Below are positions 37,691 to 49,667 of a DNA stretch of 64,000 nucleotides, piece after piece. A program made the position numbers and the translations under genes. The DNA is taken from positions 310,001-374,000 of the forward strand of contig OX597842.1 in assembly GCA_951406725.2 (NCBI GenBank), written 5' to 3'. The notes under the pieces are model-generated. The model ran no database searches and was not told where the DNA came from. It saw only the letters and a program-made list of their open reading frames with translations. Position 1 is the first letter of the stretch, and every line of letters starts with the position of its first letter. Origin of the DNA: Octopus vulgaris. Lineage: Eukaryota.

Positions 37691-40600
37691 TGTATATACA
37701 TATACACGACAGTTTCCATCTACCAAATCCACTCACAAGGTGGGACTGAACCCAGAACCATGTGGTTGGTGAGCAAGCTACTTACCACACAGTCACTCCT
37801 GCGCCTTATATCTGTATCTATATATATATATCATCATCATCGTTTAACGTCCGCTTTCCGCGCTAGCACGGGTTGGACAGTTCAACCGGGTCTGGGAAGC
37901 CAGGGGCCGCTCCAGGCTCCAGTCTGAATCTGGCAGAGTTTCTACGGCTGGATGCCCTTCCTAACGCCAACCACTCCGTGAGTGGATTGGGTGCTTTTTA
38001 CGTGCCACCTGCACAGGGGCCGGAGGGTCCGGCATCGTCACGATCGGTTCGAGCATTTTAACGTGTCAGCGGCACGGGGGCAACGAGGTCCGGGGTACTT
38101 TGGGGATCGGGGTACTTTGGGGATCCAGGGTACTTTGGGGATCCGGGGTACTTAGAATGGGTAGGGGGTATGTGGAATTGCTGCAGAAAGCAGCCCGGGT
38201 CTTTGTAGTCACAGCATATCTCCAGAGATCTCGGTCCTTCGCCATTGCCTCAGTGAGGCCCAACGCTCTGAGGTCATGCTTGACAACCTCATCCCATGTC
38301 TTCCTGGGTCTACCTCTCCCCCTGATACCTTCAACTGTTTGGGAGTGGCACTTCTTCACACATCTCTCTTCATCCATCCGCAGCACATGACCATACCATC
38401 GCAAGCGTCGCTCTTGCACACCACATCTGATGCTTCTTATATCCAGCATTTCTCTCAGGATACTTACACTCTGTTTTGCGTGCACACTGACACTACACAT
38501 CCAGCGGATCATGCTAGCTTCATTTCTTTCAAGTCTACGCATGTCTTCTGCAGTCACAGCCCATGTTTCATTACCGTGAAGCATGGCAGTTCGCACACAT
38601 GCATCATACAATCTACCTTTTGCTCTGAGGGAGAGACCTTTTGTTGCCAGTAGGGGTAGGAGCTTTCTGAACTTTGCCCAGGCTATTCGTATTCTAGTGG
38701 TGATACTCTCTGTGCATCCACCTCCGCTACTAACTTGGTCACCCAGGTAGCGGAAACTATCAACTACTTCTAGTTTCTCTCCCTGGAGTGTGATGGAATC
38801 TGTTTTCTAAGTGTCTGTTGTGTCTATTGTCCCTGTGCATCTGCCGCACATGAAAGCTATCTTATCTGTTAATTTCCCTTTAATGTTGCTGCACCTCTTA
38901 TGTGTCCATAACTTACATTGGGTGCATCTTATGGAGTTTCTACCTGTACCTTTCCTACAGGTTGAGCAGGGCCACCTACCCGAGGGGATGTGTGCTGAGT
39001 ACCTCTTGCTGCTTACTAATACTTTGGTCTTTGCTACATTTATTCTAAGGCCCTTTGATTCCAACCCTTGCTTCCACACCCGAAATTTCTCTTCTAGTTC
39101 CGGTAGTGATTCTGCTATGAGAGCTAGGTCATCGGCATAGAGGAGCTCCCAGGGGCATCCCGTTTTGAATTCCTCTGTTATTGCCTGAAGGACTATGATG
39201 AATAAAAGGGGACTGAGGGCTGAGCTCTGGTGCACACCTACTTCTACCCGGAATTCTTCACTTTATTCGTTGCCAATCCTAACCTTGCTGACAGCCTCTC
39301 TGTATAGAGCCTGTACAACCCTTATTAGCCATTCTTCAATCTCCAGTTTCCGCATCGACCACCAGATAAGGGAACGGGGAACCCTGTCAAAGGCTTTCTC
39401 CAAGTCTACAAAAGCTATGTAGAGGGGTTTATCTTTAGCTAGGTACTTCTCCTGCAGTTGTCGGACCAGGAATATAGCATCAGTGGTGCTTCTACCTGGT
39501 ACAAAACCGAACTGCATTTTATCTAAACAAATTCTCTCCCTAATGAGATTGGTTATGACCTTCTCTGAGACCTTCATCACCTGGTCCAACAGTTTGATAC
39601 CTCTGTAGTTATTTCTATCTAGAGCATCACCCTTACCCTTGTAGCAGTTGACTATGGTGCTGCTGCACCAGTCATTGGGTATGACTCCATTGTGAACTAC
39701 CTGGTTTACAATGCGGGTGACTATGGCATAGCCCACATAGCCAGCTGTTTTAAGCATCTCAGCAGTGATTCCTGATAGGCCAGGGGCTTTGCCTGGTTTC
39801 ATATCCTTAATTGCCTTATCTACAAGGGAGCTCTCTATTCGGGTAGCTGGTCCCTCTACTGGGTCAACATTTGGCAGGCTCTCCTCCTCCCATTCATTCT
39901 CCTCATTCAGCAGTCTTTCATAATGGCTTCTCCAAGCCTCTTTCTTTTCACTAGTAGTAAAAGCAAGTGCCCCATCATCCATGCGGACACATTTCTCTCC
40001 TATAACATCGCTATTTTCTCTGACACACTGTCTGGCAATCCGAAATACTTCAGCTCTTTGATCCTCGCGACGCTGGACATTGGCAAACTTCTTCTTTTCT
40101 GCTACATCTTTGGCAATGTATACCTGCCGCCCAGCCTCCCGTTTGGCTATCTGGTACAGTTCCCTGCTGCCCCCATCCTTCCAGGCTTTCCAGGCCCGTC
40201 TCTTTTCACAGATGGCTTTATCTACTGCACTATTCCACCACCACGTAATTCTAGGTCTGGAAGGGACTTTGCACCATCCACAGACTTGGTCTGTGGCACT
40301 CAACAAGCTGTCCCGTAGGAATTCCCAGCTACCTTCTATGTCTGACGTCTGAAGCTCCTCCCTCTCATCAAATTTCTTGATGAGTATGTCCCTAAATTTC
40401 TGACCATGCGAAGGGTTCTTTAGCCTCCAAATCCTTCTTTTCTGGATTGGTTTGTTTCTTGGAGTCCTTCTGGCCTCAAGCTTAAAGTCACTGATGATTA
40501 GTCTATGCTGAGGGATACATTCTTCACCCGGGAGGGTCTTTGTATTCAAGAGCAACCCTGCATCCCGTTGTCTGGTGAGGATGAAGTCTATTTGGCTAGC

Positions 40601-43600
40601 GGAGTCTCCTGACTGATAAGTTATAAGGTGGCAGACTGGCTTCTTGAAGTTAGTGTTGCAGATTGAAAGGTTACATGCATCACAGAATTCCAGCAGTCTA
40701 GTTCCCTCATCATTTCTGGTGCCAATACCATAGCCACCATGTACCCCAGTGAAGATACCCGATTCCCGCCCAACATGCCCATTAAAATCTCCACCTACAA
40801 AGATGAGGTCCTTGTTACTAGTCTTTGAAGTAGCCTGCAGAAGGGTATCATAAAAGTTGTCCTTCTGATCATTTGGTAGTCCCGCTTGTGGGGCATAGGC
40901 TGAGATAATCATAGCTGTGCCACCCTGTAGGACCAACCTGAGCTTAAGCACTCTATCACAAACCCTGACAACCTCTATGACCTTATCCACCCATTCCTCC
41001 GCAAGGAGAATGCCTACACCCCCTACACCTTCCGCGTTACCTTGCCAGTAGAGTTTGTACCTAAGTGCCTTGCCCGTGAGGACCCTAGCCGAAGCATCTC
41101 TCCATCTTACCTCTTGTATGCAGCATACATCAACCTGTCTTCTCTCTAGCATCTCTACAATCTCACTAGACTTGCCTGTCAATGTACCAACATTGATAGT
41201 GCCAACTCTGAAAACTGGGAAGGAGATGTGGGGGGGACGGGGGGATTCGGTGCCTGAGAAGAGGAGGGTTGTTGTGGTGGTGATAGTTTTCGTGGTATTT
41301 TTCTTTTGATCTCTCTTCCAACCTGACCACGCCGTGGGCAGGAGCTGGTGTTAGCAGTGGACATTCGTTATCGTCACTGAGTAACGTAATTAGGTAGAGG
41401 AAAGAAATACAGATATTCTAGAGTTGAGTTGGGGAGGGGGGTCCAGTTGAGGCGGGTAGTATAGGGGAGCAACCAGTGGGGAAGGTTGGGGTAAGGAGGA
41501 ACGATGGCAGGAAGGATTGGTGTAGGTTCGTAAGAAATAAAAAAACGTAGGATATTACAAGGCGGGAGGGTACTAAAAGGGGATGGTCGGATTGAGGCAG
41601 TGTCAGGAGGAAGCAAAGATCGGTGGGCAGTTGATGAGCTATGGCGCTAGCAGCTTGTCTTTTCACAGTGAAAGCATATGAGGAGAAGGGGTAGTGGGGG
41701 GAGGAGGAGGGAGTAGGGCGTATCCGGTGTAGATGGTGAGAACAGGGTATACTGGTATTGGTGGTGGGGGTGAGAACAGTGTTCACCGGTATTGGTGGTG
41801 GCGGTGAGAACAGTGTTCACCGGTATTGGTGGTGGGGGTGAGAACAGTGTTCACCGGTATTGGTGGTGGGGGTGAGAACAGTGTTCACCGGTATTGGTGG
41901 TGGGGGTGAGAACAGTGTTCATCGGTAGTGGGGGTGGGGGGGGGCGGGCGCACCGCCAATGGCGGAAAGATGGGAAAAGATAGGATTACGGCTTGAGGTA
42001 GCCTAAGGTTAAATTTTGTAGAGAGAGAGATAGGAAAGATAAATCAAGTTATGGCGAAGGCTTGAAGTAGCCTAAAAGGTTAAATTTTCGTAGCGAATGA
42101 GATGGGTAAGACGAATCAAGTTATCAATGTATGAATAAACGTAGTAACAACGAAGAAAAATAGTAAGATAAATTTTTAAGAACTTGCTGCGGGCATCGAT
42201 CGGGAGTTGAAATTGAAGAAGAAAGTAAGTTGAATTGGGAGTTTAAATTGCAGAATCGTAATGGTAATGGCGATTTTCAAGTTTTAGCATAAGAAGAAGA
42301 AGAGGAGGAAAAAAAGACCGCCAATGGCGGAAAGATGGGAATATATATTTATATATATTTATATTTTCAGTTTCCACCTATCAAATCCACTCACAAGGCT
42401 TTGAAACACACAAGTGTGTGTATATATAGACATATATATATGTATATATATATATACACGCACACACACATATACATAGAATGGGCTTCTTTCAATTTCC
42501 ATCAAGAAAGTTCACTCTCAAGGATGAGGCTATAGTAGAAGACACTTTCCCAAGGTGCTGTGCAGTGGGACTGAACCCAGAACAATTTGATTGTGAAGAA
42601 AACTTCTTAACTGATTTCTTTATTTCAGGAATCGCTGTGCGCAAAGGAAATGTCACAATTACAATAACAATACCAAAAACGAAACGACCGGTGATTTGGG
42701 AGCACCATGATTATACAAATGAATGTGACAGGACATGCTTAAATGGCAATTACTATATAGTGAAAAATATTGTAAAAACTTTGTCTGTTTCGGTCAGAAA
42801 GGATAATAAGGATTGTTCGATTTGGAAATTTAATGATGTCAACCTTAATGAAGCAGACATTCATTTGAAGATAGAAGGTAAGGAAATGATTTATAATAAT
42901 TTCTTTATTAACCTCAGAGGGCGAACACAAAGGAAAACATTTGGGAGGGTACGGTGTGGGTTTTAGCATGTAAAAAGGCATACAATGAATGAAACAAAGT
43001 CAAAGTAAAACCCCTGAGAGTGGAGGGACTTTCAAGGGCCACATGTAAAGAAAGCCCACAAAATCCATAGTTGCCCTGACCACCAGGGTGGATGCCCTCT
43101 CCCAGTCTTTCCTCTCCAATATACATGTATACACTAAGAGAAGGCCCATTCACACAGGTAATGCTCACCTGTCTCACCCACCTTTCAACAAACTGCTTGC
43201 AAGGCAGCCCTTATCTCTCCCCACTGATTTTCCTCTTTAAGTGAAACCTGAAAAAGATTATTAAGGTTTTGACAAAAAGACAACTGCTGGTCTTTAGCCC
43301 TTTCAGCAATGTCTACTATATGATCCCCTTTGCCCTGGGCCTCAAGCATATAAAAAACTGGTTGCCTTTCCTGGTTGAAGTAAAGTAGAGGGGCCATCTT
43401 CACAATGGACTCAGCTGATAGTTACTCTTTTACTTCTTTCGGCTATTCGACTACGGCCATGCTGGAGCACCGCCTTTAGTCGAGCAAATCAACCCCAGGA
43501 CTTATTCTTTGGAAGCCTAGTACTTATTCTATCGGTCTCTTTTGCCGAACTGCTAAGTTACGGGGTTGTAAACACACCACCATCAGTTGTCAAGCGATGT

Positions 43601-45777
43601 TGGGGGGACAAACACAGACACACAAAGATATACACACACATACATATATATATATATACATATATACGTTGGGCTTCTTTCAGTTTCCGTCAACAAAATC
43701 CACTCACAAGACTTTGGTCAGCCCGAAGCTATAGTAGAAGACATTTGCCCAAGGTGCCATGCAGTGGGAATGAACCCGGAAACATGTGGTTTGTAAGGAA
43801 GTTACTTACCACACAGCCACTCAATAATGATTTCTTTCATTTGCCACAAGGGCAAAGGATAAGGAGGTCAATACCAAGATAGACATAAGGTGTGTGTGTG
43901 TGTGGGGGGGTTATATATATAAAAGGATTTAAAAAATTGGAAGTATACATGGTTAACAATAAATAAAGAAGGGACGTATACAAATTAAACACCAGTAGAA
44001 GAAAAAATAGATGATATTGATGTGATCCTTCTAATACAGGAGGACCCTTATGTATAATCGAGGAACCCAATCATCTCCTTGAACACCAAAGGAAAGTGCC
44101 CTCTCCCATTCCTAATGTCTGGCTCACAGCTCGGCACTTAAAGTAGAATCATTCTCTCTTGCTGTTTTCACAACTTTCCCCCACCATTCAAATAATATTA
44201 ACCCTTTCGTTTCTGTATTTATTTTCTGATGCTCTGTGTCTCTTTCAATTAATTTTTAATATAACAAAGAATTTAGTAAAATAACATCGTTATAATTAAG
44301 CTAGTTTTGGGAACATAAATTGCGACTAAGGTTTGGTGGAAGATTTTAATTCAGAACCTCTGAAAACCAAATATTTGTGCTAAAGAGCCAGAGCCGGTTT
44401 CAGGCGGGTTGGTATCGAAAGGGTTAATGGTTTCAAGTTTTGGCACAATGCTAGTAATTTCAGGGGTTGGCCTTATTACATCGACCCCCAATGCCCAACT
44501 AGTACTTACTTCACTGACCTCAAAAGGGTGAAAGGCTAAGTTGACCTCAGTGAAATTTGAGCGCAGAATGTAAACAGGGATGAAATACTGCCAAGCATTT
44601 TGCCTGGCATGCCAATGGTTCTGCAACGGTTTCAAATTTTGGCACAAAGCCAGCAATTTTAGTGGGGAGAGGGTAAGTTGATTACATCGACCCCAGTGCT
44701 CAACTAATAATTATTCTATTGACCCTGGCAGGATGAAGGGTAGAGTAGACTTTGGCAGATTTTGAACTCAGAACATAAAGATGGACAAAATGTTGCAAAG
44801 CATTTTGTCTGGCATGCTAACAATTCAGCCACCTCTCTGCCCTCCTAATTAATAATATTAATAATAATAATAATAAGAAGAAATGCCCTGATGCAGTACC
44901 AGGCAGTGGCTCTCGTGGCTTCTGATCTTAACTGATTGGAAGTGTTATCATGTACATTGTTTTGTCTTGGTATAAAAGATGGGCTACAGCAAATATTCTG
45001 CTCAATACCACAGATTTGCTTGTCAGTTGTTTGACCTTAACCAGTTGAGCATGTCCCTTAGTGCCTGGCGATATGTGCATCTCTGATCACGAGCAGAAGT
45101 AGTGGGGGAGCATCATAGCCATGTATTGAGAGGGATTCTTTGGGGTTTGAATGATTCACCTCTGGAAACATGGGTGTTTCGTTTAACATCCTTAAACAAC
45201 CCTGAATCAGGGACCTTTTGAGTGAGATGGGTTACCCAACCAGAAGAAAATTCTAACTGGGCCCCACCCGCAAGTTCATGTACTGTTTATCTTGATATGA
45301 GATCACCATGTCATGCACATATGGTTGTGAGGCATGTGCCTGGTGTACCGTTATCAGACAGGTAGTCATGATGGGTATACTGGGCTTCGTATATTTGTAC
45401 CCCAGTGTCATTTTGATGGCATGCACTGCTCTCGCACTTAATAATGATAATGATGATGATAATAATAATAATAATAATAATAAAATAGAGGTAACAAGAA
45501 TGTAGAATCTAAAAATAGAAACAATTCCTATCATAGTAGGTGCATTAGGCATGATAAAGAAATATTCAGACAAATACATAACAAAAACACCAGGACTTAC
45601 AAACACATATAACATACAGAAAATTGCACTACTAGGCACTGCACACATCCTATGCAGAACACTTTCCATACAATAACCATCAGAGCATCACAACAAATCA
45701 CAGCACATACACAAGGCACACAGAGCTGCGCTCGGTAGTGAAGTGAAAGCACGCGATAAAAATAAAACTACTGAATG

Positions 45778-45808
<31 letters not shown>

Positions 45809-48800
45809 CAACAACAGCTGCACAAATATTTTCATAATATTTACACAAATTCAAAGTTTGTAACTTTGTAACAATTTCAAGGTTTGCTTCTGTCTTAGAT
45901 TTTCTTTTCTGTTTTGAATTGATAAGTTTTTATAAAAATCCCTGGTGGGATATTTTTATAGTTCAAGAAATGGATTAGTTAGTTTCATTACCTAGGATTA
46001 TCTGTCAATTGTACTATTTAATTGTTATAGAAATGAGTGACATTTTCCAGTTAATCATGAAGGTTGAATTTGAAGAGAAAAATATTATTAATGGCAAAAA
46101 TTGACAGAAGCCCTGTCTTTCCTTCTGCTATATAACCCTTCTAAATCATGGACTGATCTGTTGACCTTGCATTTCTGTGCTAGAAGAGAGTCAATCCTCT
46201 TTGCATATCCTATATAACCCTTCTAAATCATAGACTGATCAGTTCACCTTGCATTTCTGTGCTAGAATAAGAAAGTCAATCCCCTTTGCATATCCTATAT
46301 AACCCTTCTAAATCATGGACTGATCTGTTGACCTTGCATTTCTGTGCTAGAATAAGAAAGTCAATCCCCTTTGCATATCCTATATAAACCTTCTAAATCA
46401 TGGACTGATCTGTTCACCTTGCATTTCTGTGATAGGATAAGAAAGTCAATCCCCTTTGCATATCTTATATAACCCTTCTAAATCATAGACTGATCTGTTG
46501 ACCTTGCATTTCTGTGATAGAATAAGAAAGTCAATCCCCTTTGCATATCCTATATAACCCTTCTAAATCATGGACTGATCTGTTGACCTTGCATTTCTGT
46601 GATAGAATAAGAAAGTCAATCCCCTTTGCATATCCTATATAACCCTTCTAAATCATAGACTGATCTGTTGACCTTGCATTTCTGTGATAGAATAAGAAAG
46701 TCAATCCCCTTTGCATATCCTATATAACCCTTCTAAATCATAGACTGATCTGTTGACCTTGCATTTCTGTGCTAGAATAAGAAAGTCAATCCCCTTTGCA
46801 TATCCTATATAACCCTTCTAAATCATGGACTGATCTGTTGACCTTGAATTTCTGTGCTAGAATAAGAAAGTCAATCCCCTTTGCATATCCTATATAACCC
46901 TTCTAAATCATAGACTGATCTGTTGACCTTGCATTTCTGTGCTAGAATAAGAAAGTCAATCCCCTTTGCATATCCTATATAACCCTTCTAAATCATGGAC
47001 TGATCTGTTGACCTTGAATTTCTGTGCTAGAATAAGAAAGTCAATCCCCTTTGCATATCCTATATAACCCTTCTAAATCATGGACTGATCTGTTGACCTT
47101 GCATTTCTGTGCTAGAATAAGAAAGTCAAAACCCCTTTGCATATCCTATATAACCCTTCTAAATCATGGACTGATCTGTTGACCTTGCATTTCTGTGCTA
47201 GAATAAGAAAGTCAATCCCCTTTGCATATCCTATATAACCCTTCTAAATCATGGACTGATCTGTTGACCTTGCATTTCTGTGCTAGAAGAAGAAAGTCAA
47301 TCCCCTTTGCATATCCTATATAACCCTTCTAAATCATGGACTTATCTGTTGACCTTGCATTTCTGTGCTAGAATAAGAAAGTCAATCCCCTTTGCATATC
47401 CTATATAACCCTTCTAAATCATAGACTGATCTGTTGACCTTGCATTTCTGTGATAGAATAAGAAAGTCAATCCCCTTTGCATATCCTATATAACCCTTCT
47501 AAATCATGGACTGATCTGTTGACCTTGCATTTCTGTGCTAGAAGAAGAAAGTCAATCCCCTTTGCATATCCTATATAACCCTTCTAAATCATAGACTGAT
47601 CTGTTGACCTTGCATTTCTGTGCTAGAATAAGAAAGTCAATCCCTTTTGCATATCCTATATAACCCTTTTAAATCATGGACTGATCTGTTGACCTTGCAT
47701 TTCTGTGCTAGAATAAGAAAGTCAATCCCCTTTGCATATCCTATATAACCCTTCTAAATCATAGACTGATCTGTTGACCTTGCATTTCTGTGCTAGAATA
47801 AGAAAGTCAATCCCCTTTGCATATCCTATATAACCCTTCTAAATCATGGACTGATCTGTTGACCTTGCATTTCTGTGATAGAATAAGAAAGTCAATCCCC
47901 TTTGCATATCTTATATAACCCTTCTAAATCATAGACTGATCTGTTGACCTTGCATTTCTGTGCTAGAATAAGAAAGTCAATCCCCTTTGCATATCTTATA
48001 TAACCCTTCTAAATCATAGACTGATCTGTTGACCCTGCATTTCTGTGATAGAATAAGAAAGTCAATCCCCTTTGCATATCCTATATAACCCTTCTAAATC
48101 ATGGACTGATCTGTTCACCTTGCATTTCTGTGATTGAATAAGAAAGTCAATCCCCTTTGCATATCCTATATAACCCTTCTAAATCATAGACTGATCTGTT
48201 GACCTTGCATTTCTGTGATAGAATAAGAAAGTCAATCCCCTTTGCATATCCTATATAACCCTTCTAAATCATGGACTGATCTGTTGACCTTGCATTTCTG
48301 TGATAGAATAAGAAAGTCAATCCCCTTTGCATATCCTATATAACCCTTCTAAATCATGGACTGACCTGTTCACCTTGCATTTCTGTGATAGAATAAGAAA
48401 GTCAATCCCCTTTGCATATCCTATATAACCCTTCTAAATCATAGACTGATCTGTTGACCTTGCATTTCTGTGCTAGAATAAGAAAGTCAAAACCCCTTTG
48501 CATATCTTATATAACCCTTCTAAATCATGGACTGATCTGAAGGGGATTAGCTAATCTTTTAGATATACTCCTCTCGGATACTGGTGTGTGTTAACCTATT
48601 TCTTACCATATTTCTGTTGAAATACATTGCTTTTGTATGAAGGCACCTGGCTCAGCGGTTAGAGCATCAAGCTTACGATCGTGAGGTTGTGAGCTTGAAT
48701 CCCGGACCAGGCTGCATGTTGTGTTTTTGAGCAAGACACTTTATTTCACGTTGCTCCAGTTCACTCAGCTGTAGAAATGAGTTGCAACGTCACTGGTGCG

Positions 48801-49667
48801 AAGCTGTATCGGCCCCTTTGCCTTTCCCTTGGATAACATCAGTGCTGTGGAGAGGAGAGGCTGGTATGCATGGGCGACTGCTGGTCTTCCATAAACAACC
48901 TTGCCCGGACTTGCGACTAGGAAGGTAACATTCTAGATGCAATCCCATGGTCTGTGTTGTGACCGAAGGGGGTTCCGACCGACCGTATGAATAAATTTTG
49001 AAAATTATGAAGATTTTAGTAAAATAACCTTGTCATTACCAAGCTAATGTGTGCAACATAGTGTTACTGGAAATTTTGATGGGGACTTTTCCTTTAGATC
49101 ACTTTAAATTGGAATTTGTTTAACAGAAACGAAAGTATTTTTTAATAGGTTAATATGAAAATGGTCAAGCTTGGGAGATATTACTATTTTTTATTAAAAA
49201 CAAAGGCTATATATTTTTGTATTTAGGAATGGTCATTTTGCCTGTTTAGCCAATAAAACACACGCACTATATATTTGGTGTTACTTTGCTTCAGTGTTAT
49301 TTAATTTTTACATTAATCTTAATCTTATTTCGGCCAGAGTTCTTTTGTCACACTCCTGTGACCTCATCAGTGGTCCTTTGCTTTCTTCTTTCTTATTTGT
49401 GTATCTCCTTACTAACGGTAAGCCATTATTGGCTAAACTGGCAAAATGACCATTCCGAAATACAACAATATCTGTTTCAACACACGATTTCACATCAAAA
49501 TTCTTGTAAAACAAATATATAAATGTAGCTGTATATTTTATTGTTCATCAATTGCAGATCCGAAACGATATGTCAGAATCATTCTTCGTGCACTCACCGT
49601 TGCTATAAGCGTTGTTGGAGTCCCTTTCTTCAGCTACCTATATTTCCAGAACTACCCATCAGTATAA
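27776..49667 (+). CDS. Spliced gene model, 243-aa type I membrane protein (signal peptide, two Ig-like domains, TM, very short tail): join(27776..27821,28934..28972,32638..32886,34352..34390,42629..42877,49558..49667)
   Basis: All introns are GT-AG and phase 1; total 732 nt = 243 codons plus TAA; no stop at any junction. Protein: [40 protein letters not shown]...[31 protein letters not shown]...[42 protein letters not shown]. Further small exons cannot be excluded. Confidence 0.75.
28934..28972 (+). CDS. 39-nt microexon (G)[12 protein letters not shown]; likely signal-peptidase site TYA/Y plus the first beta strand
   Basis: ttttttacAG / GTAAGT boundaries; in frame between the leader and exon A'. 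Confidence 0.8.
32638..32886 (+). CDS. Ig-like domain exon A' (249 nt, phase 1-1)
   Basis: Paralog of 20280-20528 with the same splice sites and 8 substitutions. Confidence 0.85.
34352..34390 (+). CDS. 39-nt microexon (G)[12 protein letters not shown]
   Basis: tttaacAG / GTAAGT boundaries; in frame between A' and B'. Confidence 0.8.
38066..41220 (-). pseudogene. RTE-2 APE-RT ORF broken by two in-frame nonsense codons
   Basis: ORFs 39263-41182, 38807-39235 and 38066-38611 are all in one frame and collinear with the RTE-1 protein; stops are TAA at 39263-39265 and TAG at 38807-38809. Confidence 0.93.
41753..41930. repeat. 34-bp tandem repeat (about 5 copies) in the RTE-2 5' UTR
   Basis: Unit GGTGAGAACAGTGTTCACCGGTATTGGTGGTGGG; each copy contains a small hairpin (GAAC-AGT-GTTC). 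Confidence 0.9.
42629..42877 (+). CDS. Ig-like domain exon B' (249 nt, phase 1-1)
   Basis: Paralog of 24064-24312 with the same splice sites and 18 substitutions in 15 codons. Confidence 0.85.
43425..43822 (-). mobile_element. tRNA-derived SINE (near complete); an internally deleted paralog is at ~24845-25082
   Basis: Reverse complement of the SINE at 54688. Confidence 0.8.
44202..44423. mobile_element. piggyBac-like MITE (222 bp) with TTAA target duplication
   Basis: TTAA-CCCTTTCG ... CGAAAGGG-TTAA. Confidence 0.8.
45482..45803 (+). mobile_element. 5'-truncated R4/Dong-like RLE retrotransposon 3' end inserted in (TAA)n
   Basis: Translates to [24 protein letters not shown]...[13 protein letters not shown], the typical R4/Dong C-terminus; flanked by (AAT)n on both sides. 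Confidence 0.8.
46128..48538. repeat. 85-bp satellite, about 28 copies, inside the last intron of the Ig-like gene
   Basis: Unit GACCTTGCATTTCTGTGCTAGAATAAGAAAGTCAATCCCCTTTGCATATCCTATATAACCCTTCTAAATCATGGACTGATCTGTT repeated head to tail with few variants. Confidence 0.97.
48642..48975 (+). mobile_element. tRNA-derived SINE (second family)
   Basis: A-box-like TGGCTCAGCGG and a degenerate B-box (GCTTGAATCCC), followed by a TTGAGCAAGACACTT CORE-like block. Confidence 0.7.
49558..49667 (+). CDS. Terminal transmembrane exon, (D)[35 protein letters not shown]
   Basis: ttgcAG acceptor in phase 1 compatible with every Ig-like exon; ~20-aa hydrophobic segment, then TAA. Confidence 0.7.

Larger units (their letters stand above)
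37831..42340 (-). mobile_element. Near full-length RTE-clade LINE of a second subfamily (RTE-2)
   Basis: (ATG)n tail at 37831, APE+RT coding region and a long 5' UTR. Inserted in a (TA)n tract; the paralogous site at ~23670 is empty. Confidence 0.93.

Noticed and set aside
46128-48538. CRISPR-like regular array (also the 94-bp and 34-bp arrays)
   Set aside because: Units are head to tail with no unique spacers, there are no cas genes, and the context is eukaryotic.
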